From Alphaproteobacteria bacterium (GTDB lineage: Bacteria > Pseudomonadota > Alphaproteobacteria > SP197), in the NCBI GenBank assembly GCA_964291415.2, contig OZ219917.1, forward strand, positions 928,001 through 992,000: DNA of 64,000 bases, written 5' to 3'. The notes beneath the pieces are model-generated. The model was not told where the DNA came from. It ran no database searches and worked only from the letters and a program-made list of their open reading frames with translations. The translations under genes and the position numbers were made by a program. The stretch's first letter is position 1, and each line of letters starts with the position of its first letter. Of this stretch, positions 48,942-58,536 are shown piece by piece.

Positions 48942-50081
48942 ATGACACCGGGCCGTTCCACGGGCAGCCGCGCCGTTGTTGCCATGTCCGGAGGGGTCGA
49001 CAGTTCGGTGGTCGCCGCCCTCCTCAAGGCCGAGGGCCACGAGACCATCGGCGTGACGCTGCAACTCTACGATCAGGGCAGGACGGCCTCCCGCCCTGGC
49101 GCCTGCTGTGCCGGAGCTGACATCCGCGATGCCCGCCGCGTGGCCGCGATGCTCGACATTCCGCACTACGTTCTCGACTACCAGGAGCGGTTCCGGTCGT
49201 CCGTGATGGAGGCGTTCGCCGACAGCTACCTTGGCGGAGAAACGCCGGTCCCTTGTGTGCTCTGCAACCAGGGAGTCAAGTTCTCCGACCTGCTGACGAC
49301 GGCGCGGGAACTCGGTGGTGATTGCCTGGCAACCGGACACTACGTCCGGCGCCTGGAGGGGCATGAGGGACCGGAACTCCACTGCGGCGCCGAATCCGGC
49401 CGCGACCAGAGCTACTTTCTCTTCCGGACAACCCGGCGCCAGCTGCAGGACCTGCGGTTTCCGCTCGGCGACATGTCCAAGGACGAGGTACGGGCCTGCG
49501 CCAGGCGGTTCGGACTGCCGGTGTCTGCCAAGCCGGACAGCCAGGACATCTGCTTCGTGCCACAGGGACGCTACACGGAGGTCGTGGACCGCCTGCGCCC
49601 CGGCGCCATGGAGGCTGGCACGATCGTCGATCTTTCCGGCCGCGTTCTGGGACACCATGACGGGATCGCCCACTACACCGTCGGGCAGAGACGGCGGCTC
49701 GGCATTGCGACGGGCGAGCCGCTCTTCGTCGTATCGCTGGATCCGGAACGCCGCCAGGTGGTCGTCGGTCCCCGCGAGGCCCTTGAATCGTCGTCTCTCA
49801 CCATGCGCGACGTCAACTGGATCGGTCAGGGGGCCTTACCTCGGGACGGCGTGACGTGCCACGTCCAGTTGCGCTCCCGCCAGGAGCGCCTGCCGGCGCG
49901 GGTGTTGCCCCTCGGGGACAACCGCGCCAGGGTCGAGCTCGCCCGGCCCGCCGAGGCCATCGCCCCGGGCCAGGCCTGCGTCATGTATGACGGCAGCCGC
50001 CTTCTCGGCGGCGGCTGGATCGAAAGAGAGCGGGGACGGAGTTCCATGCCACGGCACAGGAGCGCCGACTCCTGCTCCTGA
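48942..50081 (+). CDS. mnmA: tRNA-specific 2-thiouridylase
   Basis: [47 protein letters not shown]. Confidence 0.97.
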   Translation: MTPGRSTGSRAVVAMSGGVDSSVVAALLKAEGHETIGVTLQLYDQGRTASRPGACCAGADIRDARRVAAMLDIPHYVLDYQERFRSSVMEAFADSYLGGETPVPCVLCNQGVKFSDLLTTARELGGDCLATGHYVRRLEGHEGPELHCGAESGRDQSYFLFRTTRRQLQDLRFPLGDMSKDEVRACARRFGLPVSAKPDSQDICFVPQGRYTEVVDRLRPGAMEAGTIVDLSGRVLGHHDGIAHYTVGQRRRLGIATGEPLFVVSLDPERRQVVVGPREALESSSLTMRDVNWIGQGALPRDGVTCHVQLRSRQERLPARVLPLGDNRARVELARPAEAIAPGQACVMYDGSRLLGGGWIERERGRSSMPRHRSADSCS

Positions 50082-50095
50082 CGGGAGGAACGGAC

Positions 50096-50950
50096 ATGGT
50101 GGTCACAGGCAACATCCGGCCCCTGACCGGTCACATCGGCGCGGAGATCTCCGGGATCGATCTCGGACACCTCGACGGTGCCAGGGCCGCCGCCCTGCGC
50201 GAGACATGGCTCGAACACAAGGTCCTGTTCTTTCCACGACAGGACTTGTCGGCCGATGACCTTGTGCGCGTGGCGTCCTGCTTTGGCGAGATCGACCCTC
50301 CGCACTCCGGGCTCGAACGCCACCCCGACAACGCCGCGGTGATGATCGCGGCAAGCCGCAAGGGGGAGGGCGGAGGCAAGTACAACGCCATCTGGCACAG
50401 TGACGTCACGTTCGACGAGACGCCGCCAGCAGCCTCGATTCTGTACGCCAGAACCCTGCCTCCTGTCGGCGGCGACACACTCTTCACGTCGATGGAGGCG
50501 GCCTTCGACGCCCTGTCACAGCGTCTGAAGACGGCCATCGAGGGTCTGGAGGCGTTCCACGACGGGATTCCCAACTTCACCTCCTATCTCCTCGATCCGG
50601 GTACGCCGGACGGGCCCCGGCGTCTGGAGAATCTCAAGCGTGAGCACGCCGGATGCGTTCACCCGGTCGTGGTGCGTCACCCCGAGACAGGCCGCCGGGC
50701 GCTCTTCGTCAACCGTGCCTTCACCCAGCGGATCCTCGGCCTGCCGGATATCGAGAGCCGTGGACTGCTGAACCTCCTGATCGAGCATTGCGAACAGGCC
50801 TCATTCCAGGTGCGGTGGTCCTGGTCGAGAGGCGATGTCGCGATCTGGGACAACCGCTCTACCATGCACTACGCTGCCTTCGACTACGGTCTCCACGACC
50901 GGATCATGCATCGCGTGACCCTGAAGGGCGCCCGTCCCCTGGCGGCATGA
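50096..50950 (+). CDS. TauD/TfdA-family Fe(II)/2-oxoglutarate dioxygenase, copy 1
   Basis: WHSDVTF, GGDTLF, HPVVVRHPETGR, WDNRSTMH. Confidence 0.93.
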   Translation: MVVTGNIRPLTGHIGAEISGIDLGHLDGARAAALRETWLEHKVLFFPRQDLSADDLVRVASCFGEIDPPHSGLERHPDNAAVMIAASRKGEGGGKYNAIWHSDVTFDETPPAASILYARTLPPVGGDTLFTSMEAAFDALSQRLKTAIEGLEAFHDGIPNFTSYLLDPGTPDGPRRLENLKREHAGCVHPVVVRHPETGRRALFVNRAFTQRILGLPDIESRGLLNLLIEHCEQASFQVRWSWSRGDVAIWDNRSTMHYAAFDYGLHDRIMHRVTLKGARPLAA

Positions 50951-50995
50951 CGCCGCCTGAGAGGAGGCACCGGGCCACAGAAAAAGGAGCCGGAC

Positions 50996-51850
50996 ATGGT
51001 GGTGGTGGGCAACATCCGTCCCCTGACCGGTCATATCGGCGCGGAGATCTCCGGGGTCGATCTCAGGCGCCTTGACGACGGCACGGTCAACGCCCTGCGC
51101 GAGGCCTGGCTCGAACACAAGGTCCTGTTCTTTCCGCGCCAGGGGTTGTCACCTGACGAACTGGTGCAAGCAGCCTCGCGTTTCGGCGACATCGAGCCGC
51201 TGCACCCCGGGCTTGAACGTCACCCCGACAACCCGGACGTGATGGTCACGGCCACCCGCGACGGAAAGGGTGACGCAATCTTCAACGCCACCTGGCACAG
51301 CGACGTCACGTTCGACGAAACACCGCCGGCCGCCTCGATGCTGCAGGCCGAATCCCTGCCGTTCGTTGGCGGCGACACGCTTTTCATGTCGATGTACGCC
51401 GCATGGGATGCCCTGTCCGAGCGTCTCAAGAGGGCCGTTGACGGCCTTCACGCCTTCCACGACGGTGTCCCGACCTTCACCCCCTACCTCCTCGAATCCG
51501 GCGGCGCGGATGGCCCTGAACGTCTGCGGGCGCTCAAGCGCGACTATCCCGGATGCGTTCATCCCGTGGTGGTGCGCCATCCCGAATCAGGACGCCGCGC
51601 GCTCTACGTCAATCGCGGCTTCACCAGGAAGATTCTCGGATTGCCGGATATCGAGGGCCGCGGACTGCTGAACCTTCTTCTCGAGCATTCGGAGCAGTCA
51701 TCTTTCCAGGTGCGCTGGACCTGGTCGGAGGGTGACGTGGCATTTTGGGACAACCGTTGCACGATGCACTACGCCGCCAGGGACTACGGTGCGCAAGAAC
51801 GGGTCATGTATCGCGTGACGCTGAAAGGATCACGCCCTCTCGCTGCCTGA
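50996..51850 (+). CDS. TauD/TfdA-family dioxygenase, copy 2 (tandem paralogue)
   Basis: Same 284-aa length and motifs as copy 1 (WHSDVTF, WDNRCTMH); offset exactly 900 bp. Confidence 0.93.
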   Translation: MVVVGNIRPLTGHIGAEISGVDLRRLDDGTVNALREAWLEHKVLFFPRQGLSPDELVQAASRFGDIEPLHPGLERHPDNPDVMVTATRDGKGDAIFNATWHSDVTFDETPPAASMLQAESLPFVGGDTLFMSMYAAWDALSERLKRAVDGLHAFHDGVPTFTPYLLESGGADGPERLRALKRDYPGCVHPVVVRHPESGRRALYVNRGFTRKILGLPDIEGRGLLNLLLEHSEQSSFQVRWTWSEGDVAFWDNRCTMHYAARDYGAQERVMYRVTLKGSRPLAA

Positions 51851-51856
51851 CTCCTG

Positions 51857-52681
51857 TCAGCCCGGGCCGGGAGGCACCGCATCGCCGCTGGCGGCCAGGG
51901 TGCCATCGGCATCGTGCTGTTCGTCCCCTGTCAGAGCCGGGCAGAAGACGGACAGCAGGTGCAGATCGCTCAGGGCATGCATGCTGTGGCGGTCTTCGGG
52001 ACCGACGCAGTACATCATTCCCGGCTCCATCTGCCAGGTCTCTCCGGAGCCAAGGTTTGTCACCTCTCCTGTGCCCTCGAGAACGTAGTTTGCCTCCCAG
52101 TGGTGCTTGTACCACAGGACATTGCGACTGCTGGCGGCAAGGCGGACGTCGCTGAGGGAGAACCCGACACCATCGGCGCGCAACAGCATGCGGACCGTCG
52201 TTGCGCTGCCGCCGGCAACCACGAGCTGGCGACCCTGGCCAGCGAGTTCGTCGACGGTCCTCACGAACATGCACTCCCTGCCCTCGGGAATGGGTCCGGT
52301 CGGCGGGTAGGCGCCGTCGCTGTCGTGCGCCTCGTCCCCGACAAGGGGCGGATTGAAGACGCTGACAACGTGCAGGTCGTCGTCGGGGTCGACCAGATGA
52401 CGATCGGTTGGTCCAACCGTGTAGAGCGTGCCTGGGGCCAGCGGCCAGCTCCGGTCCCGTTCAAGGTCACGCACCGTGCCCGTGCCGGAAACGATGTAGT
52501 TCGCTTCCCAGTGGTGCCTGTACCACAGGACACTGGACATGCCGCCCGCGACCCGCACGTTCGACAGGGTGAAACCCATGCCGTCGGGGATGGTGAGAAA
52601 GCGTGTCGAGCGGACCCTGCCCTCGGACAGGACCTTTTCGGCGCCGGCACGGCGACGCTCGTCAAGAGTGCGAACAAACAT
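51857..52681 (-). CDS. ectC: tandem two-domain ectoine synthase-like (EctC-EctC) cupin protein
   Basis: Two repeats, each MFVRT(L/V)DE...WY(R/K)HHWEANY...PGxxYxVGPxDRH...VFxPxLxGDExHDxDG; the second repeat starts at 52270. Confidence 0.85.
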   Translation of the reverse strand: MFVRTLDERRRAGAEKVLSEGRVRSTRFLTIPDGMGFTLSNVRVAGGMSSVLWYRHHWEANYIVSGTGTVRDLERDRSWPLAPGTLYTVGPTDRHLVDPDDDLHVVSVFNPPLVGDEAHDSDGAYPPTGPIPEGRECMFVRTVDELAGQGRQLVVAGGSATTVRMLLRADGVGFSLSDVRLAASSRNVLWYKHHWEANYVLEGTGEVTNLGSGETWQMEPGMMYCVGPEDRHSMHALSDLHLLSVFCPALTGDEQHDADGTLAASGDAVPPGPG

Positions 52682-52682
52682 G

Positions 52683-53855
52683 TCAGCCTCCTCTGAAGGA
52701 ATCGGATCCTTCCGGCAGGGCGTTGCTGCCGGCGATGCGTCGCGCAAGGTACTGGCAGAATTCGAAGTTGGGGCGTTCCAGATAACTCAGGTGTCCAGGG
52801 CGTGCCAGAGAGGCCCTGGTGCCGTCGAACACGGCTTCGGTTCCCACCCGGTCCTCCTCGTTGACGGCATCGAGAATCCTCTTGGCCTCGGCGACGTGCT
52901 CGGCTCCCTTCGGGTCGTTGATGAAGTCGGGCGCCATGCCGCCGCCATAGAGAATCCTCACCCGGCCGGCGCTTTCCGGCTGCAGCGACAGGTACCAGAA
53001 GTATCCCGGGGTCAGGGTGATCATGTGGCTGGGGTAGATGGTGATCAGCGCCGTGGTCCGTCGCCACTCGGCCTCGAGATAGGTGCAGTCGGGATGGGCG
53101 TTGGCGAGCGGAAAGTCGGATTCCTTGGTGATCCAGTGATAGTTGAACACCGCGTCCCCGGCCGGCATGTCCATCTCCTCGATCTTCGACTGGTTGCCGA
53201 TGGTCCCGCGGTGGAGCTGGAAGAGGTGATAGCTCTCCATGAAGTTCTCGGCGAGAATCTTCCAGTTCGTGTCCCAGACATGCTCTTCCCGGAAGGTCTC
53301 GGTGTAGTCGGCGAAGCGGTAGCGGCCCGTGACGATCTCCTCTACCGGTCGAAAGAGGTCCTTGGGAGGCGGAATGTCGGGATCCAGCGTGACGTAGATC
53401 CAGCCGTCCCAGACATCGCAGCGAACGCGGGGCAGGCAGTAGTCGCGCTTGTCGAAGGCCGGGCTCTCCTCCATCCACGGTGCGTGGCGCAGGCGGCCGT
53501 CGAGGCCGTAGGACCACGCATGGTAGGGGCAGGCGATGACCTTGCGGTTGCCGCGTCCGGCAAGGAGCAGGCTCATCCGGTGCCGGCAGACATTCGAGAA
53601 GGCCGAGATTTCCCCGGCGTGGTCGCGCACGATGAAGATCGGCTCATCGACGAGCCTGAAGGTGAGATAGTCGCCCCGTTCGGGAATGGCGTCGGCGCGG
53701 CCGGCACAGATCCATTCACTTGCGAAGACCCGCTCCTTTTCCAGGGCCAGGAACGCCTCGCTGGAATAGATGCCGGGAGGCGCCGCCCGCGCTTCACGGA
53801 AGGGACGTTCCGCGTTGGCCCTCAGGTCACCAAGTAGTGCTTCGATTGTCACCAT
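52683..53855 (-). CDS. Rieske non-heme iron oxygenase alpha subunit (resembles quaternary-amine oxygenases)
   Basis: CRH...CPYHAW Rieske motif; ENFMESYHLFQLH and a later ED for the mononuclear Fe site. Confidence 0.92.
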   Translation of the reverse strand: MVTIEALLGDLRANAERPFREARAAPPGIYSSEAFLALEKERVFASEWICAGRADAIPERGDYLTFRLVDEPIFIVRDHAGEISAFSNVCRHRMSLLLAGRGNRKVIACPYHAWSYGLDGRLRHAPWMEESPAFDKRDYCLPRVRCDVWDGWIYVTLDPDIPPPKDLFRPVEEIVTGRYRFADYTETFREEHVWDTNWKILAENFMESYHLFQLHRGTIGNQSKIEEMDMPAGDAVFNYHWITKESDFPLANAHPDCTYLEAEWRRTTALITIYPSHMITLTPGYFWYLSLQPESAGRVRILYGGGMAPDFINDPKGAEHVAEAKRILDAVNEEDRVGTEAVFDGTRASLARPGHLSYLERPNFEFCQYLARRIAGSNALPEGSDSFRGG

Positions 53856-53953
53856 CGATCAAGAAACAGTGCCGCTGCCAACCGGCATCATTGCCAAATC
53901 GCAACGACCCGACAACCACGCGCATCGCGATCGGCGGGCAATCGAGGCGCTCG

Positions 53954-54793
53954 TCAGTCCCAGACCCAGACGTCGAGACCGTTATCGAGTTCGCCCTCGG
54001 GCCCACCCATGATGCGCGATGCGCCGATGCGGTGTCCGTAGCCGAGAATGTCGCCGTGCTTGGCGTAGCCCAGGAGCCGGCGGATGGTCCTGTCGTAACG
54101 CGCCGCGACCTCCGGCGGCACGGCGAGGTACTGGTTCACCTCCTGTCTGAGCCAGCCCAGCGCGTATGTGTTGATGAGACCCATGCGCGATCCGTTCGAC
54201 CGGTTGGCCCCGCCGCCGTGCCACAGGGAACCCATGTAGAAGAGGGCCGATCCCTTGGGCATCGACGCCTGCACGACGGACGAGAGGGCGGGGTCTCCGT
54301 AGTCGGTGAGGCGGTGGCTTCCCAGGGCAACACGGGTGGCGCCGTTCTCCTGGGTGAAGTCGTCGATTGCCCACATCACGCCGATCTGGAACTCCATGCC
54401 CGGAATGCGGACCGGGTAGATCGTGTCGTCGCGGTGGAGAACCTGGTCGCCCTCGCCGGGAAGAATCTCGATCCCCGTCGCGCTGCCGATACGGTAGGCA
54501 AGGCAATGCGGAAGAAGGATGGCATCAGCCACATCCAGCACCAGTGGATGGCCAATCATCCCGGCGGCGGCAGGCGCGTAGCCCAGCACACTCGAGATGC
54601 GCAGGGTGCGGTAACCGTTGAAGTCGTTCTCCTGCTGGCGCCCGCGCTGGTCGAATTCGGGCCGCATTTCCGCTGCACAACGGTCCACGGCTTCGACATC
54701 GAGAAGGCCGGTCACGACCGCCGCGCCGGCGGAGCGCAGGGCGGCCACGACAGCAGGCGCCGGTTCCGCCGCGTCAAGGACTGGAAGCTCCAT
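53954..54793 (-). CDS. phytanoyl-CoA dioxygenase (PhyH) family Fe(II)/2OG oxygenase
   Basis: [30 protein letters not shown]. Confidence 0.9.
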   Translation of the reverse strand: MELPVLDAAEPAPAVVAALRSAGAAVVTGLLDVEAVDRCAAEMRPEFDQRGRQQENDFNGYRTLRISSVLGYAPAAAGMIGHPLVLDVADAILLPHCLAYRIGSATGIEILPGEGDQVLHRDDTIYPVRIPGMEFQIGVMWAIDDFTQENGATRVALGSHRLTDYGDPALSSVVQASMPKGSALFYMGSLWHGGGANRSNGSRMGLINTYALGWLRQEVNQYLAVPPEVAARYDRTIRRLLGYAKHGDILGYGHRIGASRIMGGPEGELDNGLDVWVWD

Positions 54794-54969
54794 CGCCGTC
54801 ACGAATCCTCCGGCAGTCACATCCCGATCGCGGTGCGATCCTCGGATCGTCCGCATGATAGGGCAGGTCGAAGCAGTCAAACCAGCAGGAAATGACTTTC
54901 TGGCAAGGGACCGATTCACACAATTCTCCGGTGTGTCATGCCGCCACGGTTTGTGCCATGATCCACGTG

Positions 54970-55695
54970 ATGAGCGACCGTCCAGTCTGTGCCATTGTCG
55001 GAGCCGGTGAGGGCCTTGGCCGCTCACTCAGCGCGCGTTTCGCCGCCGGCGGCTGCGACATTGCTCTCGTGTCGCGCACGCGCCACGGGAGCGAGGCTGC
55101 CCTGGAGCACGCACGGGCTGCCAACGGCGCTGTGGACGTGCGCTTCTTCGCCGCAGACGCCACCCGTCCGGTCTCCGTGGAGGACGCCATGGCGCGGGTT
55201 GCAGAGGAGATGGGCGCCATCGAGGTCCTCATCTACAACGCCCGTGGAGACTTCGTCCGTTGCGATCCCCTGGACATGACCTACGCCCAGCTCGAGGAGG
55301 TGTTCCAGGTGGAGGTGATGGGTGCCTTCGCGGCGGCCCGCTCGGTGCTGCCGGCGATGCGCGAGAAGGGGAGCGGCACCATCATGTTTTCCAGCGCCAC
55401 CGCGGCCTTTCGCGGTTCCGCCACCCACCCGCTCTATGCCATCGGCAAGTTCGGCCTGAGGGCCCTGGCGCAGTGCCTGGCGAAGGCCCATGCACGGGAC
55501 GGCGTCCATGTCGTTCACATGAGACTCGACTGCGATCTCGACGTGCCGGTCATGCAAAAGGTCTATGATGATCCGGCCGCCCTGGCCGATCCTGATGGCG
55601 TGGCCGACACATACTGGTGGGTGCATCTCCAGCCGCCTTCGGCATGGAGCAACGAGGTGGAACTGAGACCGTTCAGCGAAGCATGGACAATCTGA
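54970..55695 (+). CDS. short-chain dehydrogenase/reductase
   Basis: [24 protein letters not shown]. Confidence 0.9.
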   Translation: MSDRPVCAIVGAGEGLGRSLSARFAAGGCDIALVSRTRHGSEAALEHARAANGAVDVRFFAADATRPVSVEDAMARVAEEMGAIEVLIYNARGDFVRCDPLDMTYAQLEEVFQVEVMGAFAAARSVLPAMREKGSGTIMFSSATAAFRGSATHPLYAIGKFGLRALAQCLAKAHARDGVHVVHMRLDCDLDVPVMQKVYDDPAALADPDGVADTYWWVHLQPPSAWSNEVELRPFSEAWTI

Positions 55696-55711
55696 ATTGG
55701 AGGATGACGAC

Positions 55712-56551
55712 ATGAACTCCGGACGGTGCCTGTGCGGCGGCGTCACCTGGGAACTCGCGGCCGAGCCGTTCCAGGCGTTCAACTGCCACTGCAAGCTGTG
55801 CCGCAAGGCCCATGGCACGGCCTTCGGAACATACTGGTTCCTCCACGCAAGCGAGATTTGCATGACCGGCGGCGAGGACATCACGGTCGCCTACCGTTCG
55901 TCCCACATGCTGGTCCGGAAGTTCTGCGGCGTGTGCGGCTCGGTGGTTCCCTATGCCGGCGAGGCGGACGACCAACACTTCGTGGCTCCCGGTGGCTGCC
56001 ATGACGACGGCAAGCCGTCGGACTGCAACATCTTCGTACCTCATGGCGCGCCCTGGCACGAGGTGACGGGAGATCTGCCCCGTCATGACGACTACCCGCT
56101 GGAGACCGGCTATCCGAGGGTCGAGGAGGATCCGGTGCCGCCACCGCCACCGGGGGTCGTGCGGGGCTGGTGCATGTGCGGCCGCGTCGCCTTCGAGACG
56201 ACCGGTCCCTACAGGTCAGCCTGGCACTGCCATTGCGGCCGCTGTCGGCGGGGACGAGCCGCGGCCCACTCCTCGAACGCCCTGATCGATCCCCGGCACC
56301 TGCAGTTCACGCAAGGCGTCGAACACCTGAAGAGCTTCCGCGTACCAGACGCCCGACGCTACACCCAGGTCTTTTGCGAACTCTGCGGATCAAAGATGCC
56401 CCAGGTCGATGGCGACCGCGCCATCGTGCCTCTCGGCATCCTCGAGGATGATCCCGGTATCAGACCTGAGGCCCATATCTTTGTCGGGTCCAAGGCCGGA
56501 TGGCACGTCATCACCGACGATCTGGAGCAGCACGACGGCGCGGGTGCCTGA
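55712..56551 (+). CDS. double-domain GFA (glutathione-dependent formaldehyde-activating / CENP-V) family protein
   Basis: Two copies of CxC...CHCxxCR...FCxxCGS...HIFV. Confidence 0.88.
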   Translation: MNSGRCLCGGVTWELAAEPFQAFNCHCKLCRKAHGTAFGTYWFLHASEICMTGGEDITVAYRSSHMLVRKFCGVCGSVVPYAGEADDQHFVAPGGCHDDGKPSDCNIFVPHGAPWHEVTGDLPRHDDYPLETGYPRVEEDPVPPPPPGVVRGWCMCGRVAFETTGPYRSAWHCHCGRCRRGRAAAHSSNALIDPRHLQFTQGVEHLKSFRVPDARRYTQVFCELCGSKMPQVDGDRAIVPLGILEDDPGIRPEAHIFVGSKAGWHVITDDLEQHDGAGA

Positions 56552-56571
56552 CCGGAGCTCAAGGCACGTGC

Positions 56572-57576
56572 TCAGGTTCGGGAGCGCGCGGTGGGTGTCA
56601 GCCGCTTGTAGTGCAGGTGCTGGTAGATCGAGACCTCGATCGACATGACGCCGTCGAGGGGCCGGATGTCATCGTCGACGACGGCGAGGAGTTCCGCCTC
56701 GTCGCGGCAGGCAATCTCCGTGAAGATATCGAATCGTCCGGCACAGATCGCGACATAGGTGACATGCGAGAGACCTGAGAGGTTGTCGGCGACGTCGCGC
56801 GCCGGAACGCCGCCGCCAACACGCACGGCGACCCAGGCGACGGTTCCGTAGCCCAGGCTCATCGGGTTGACGATGGCAATGACGCTGATGACGCCGTCCG
56901 CTGCCATGGCGTTGAACCTGTTGCGAACCTGGGATTCCGAGATGCCGAGCCTGTCGGCCACGGCCTGCAGCGGCATGCGCCCGTCTTCCGACAGTGCCTT
57001 GACGATGTCGCGGTCCGTTGCGCCGAGGGCGCGCGGGACCACGCCTGCTTCCTGCAGGGACTTGCGCCGCGCCGCGCCGAAGTTTGCCAGCTGATAGTGG
57101 AGCGACAGGTAGGGAAAGCTCTCGATGGCGCGGATCCCGATGATTCTGCCGATCCGGTTCTCGATCACGTCCTGCAGTTCACGGCGGTCGTGGCAGATGA
57201 CTTCGGCGAAGAGGCCGTAGCGGCCCGTGGCCACCACGACGTAGTCGATGACGGCGACGGACAGCAGTTTCCCGGCCGTCCGCGAGGCCGGTACGGCAGG
57301 GTCGAGGACAAGGCCGAGGAGGGCGGAGCTGTGATATCCAAGGGCGCGCGGATCGGTCACGGCGGCGATCTGGATGACTTCGGAATGAAGCAGGTGCCTC
57401 ATCCGACTGCGCACGGTCTTCTCGGTGAGGCCCGTCGCCCTGGCAATCTGTGCGAAGGACCGCCTTCCGTCCTCCTGAAGGTGTTCGACGATGGAGCGGT
57501 CGGCCGGATCGAGTGCCGGTGCCTGCCTGAGAAAGGCGCCCGGCACCAAGGGCGTCCCCACCCTAGCGATCGACAA
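56572..57576 (-). CDS. double-domain Lrp/AsnC-family transcriptional regulator
   Basis: Two HTH-RAM modules (DRSIVEHLQEDGRRSF; DRDIVKALSEDGRMPL). Start uncertain. Confidence 0.88.
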   Translation of the reverse strand: MSIARVGTPLVPGAFLRQAPALDPADRSIVEHLQEDGRRSFAQIARATGLTEKTVRSRMRHLLHSEVIQIAAVTDPRALGYHSSALLGLVLDPAVPASRTAGKLLSVAVIDYVVVATGRYGLFAEVICHDRRELQDVIENRIGRIIGIRAIESFPYLSLHYQLANFGAARRKSLQEAGVVPRALGATDRDIVKALSEDGRMPLQAVADRLGISESQVRNRFNAMAADGVISVIAIVNPMSLGYGTVAWVAVRVGGGVPARDVADNLSGLSHVTYVAICAGRFDIFTEIACRDEAELLAVVDDDIRPLDGVMSIEVSIYQHLHYKRLTPTARSRT

Positions 57577-58426
57577 GCTTCAGCGAGCGCGAGAACACTT
57601 CGCTCGTGGACTCCGCCAGGCGCTCGAGTTCGCCAAAGTGGTTTTCACCGGGAACGTCGTAACGTTCCATGGTTCGCTGCTCCGTGCGGAACCGGGCGCA
57701 GTAGGCATCCGACTGGCGGGTGAATTCCGGGGTTTCGTCGCCACCGGCGATGACGAGATGGGGCGTGTTGGAGAACATCTCCATGAACAGGGGACTCTCG
57801 CGCCTTGCCTCGGCGACATCCATCCGCGGTCCGGCATTGATCGACGTGTGAACCAGGGGTTCGAGTTCGAAAATCCCCGAGATCGGCAGGGCGGCCCGGA
57901 CGAGGTCACCCGGCAGGGCCGAGTCGAAGCCTGGCCAGTCCGTCGCCATCATCATCGCCGTCAGGTGCCCGCCGGCCGAATGTCCCATGACCGAAAGGCG
58001 CTCGCGATCGAACCCGAGGTCGATGGCATTGTGCCACAGCCAGGCGAGGCACCGCCGCACCTGGGGCGCGATGTCGCCGAGACGGCATGCCGGCGTGAGC
58101 GTGTAGTTGATCATCGCGACATTGACCCCGGCGTCCAGGAACGCCTCGGCGACGAAGCTGTACATGTCCTTGTCGCCGCGCTGCCAGTAGCCGCCGTGGA
58201 TGTAGACGAGGAGCGGGCCGTCCGCGGCGGCACGAAAGAGGTCGAGCTTGTCGCGTTCGCCGCTTCCGTAGGCGAGATCGATCGCCACGTCACGGGAATC
58301 GCGAAGTGCCGCGCTGCGCTCGAGCCAGCGCGCCACGATGGCATCGAAATCGGCCTCCTTGCTGCGCAGCTCGTACTGGTACTCCAGCTCTTCGGCATTC
58401 ATGCCGCGGTAGAGGTCCATCGTCAT
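57563..58426 (-). CDS. alpha/beta hydrolase, arylformamidase-like
   Basis: LAYGSGERDKLDLF, YIHGGYWQ, GHSAGGHL, NHF. Confidence 0.85.
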   Translation of the reverse strand: MTMDLYRGMNAEELEYQYELRSKEADFDAIVARWLERSAALRDSRDVAIDLAYGSGERDKLDLFRAAADGPLLVYIHGGYWQRGDKDMYSFVAEAFLDAGVNVAMINYTLTPACRLGDIAPQVRRCLAWLWHNAIDLGFDRERLSVMGHSAGGHLTAMMMATDWPGFDSALPGDLVRAALPISGIFELEPLVHTSINAGPRMDVAEARRESPLFMEMFSNTPHLVIAGGDETPEFTRQSDAYCARFRTEQRTMERYDVPGENHFGELERLAESTSEVFSRSLKLVDR

Positions 58427-58536
58427 TGCCCTGCCGGTATGGAGGGAACACTTTATGACGAAAATAGACGTTGACGCAAGCCAGATTGACGAATTACGGT
58501 AGTATCGCCCGGAAAAACTGTGAATTGAGGAAATCC

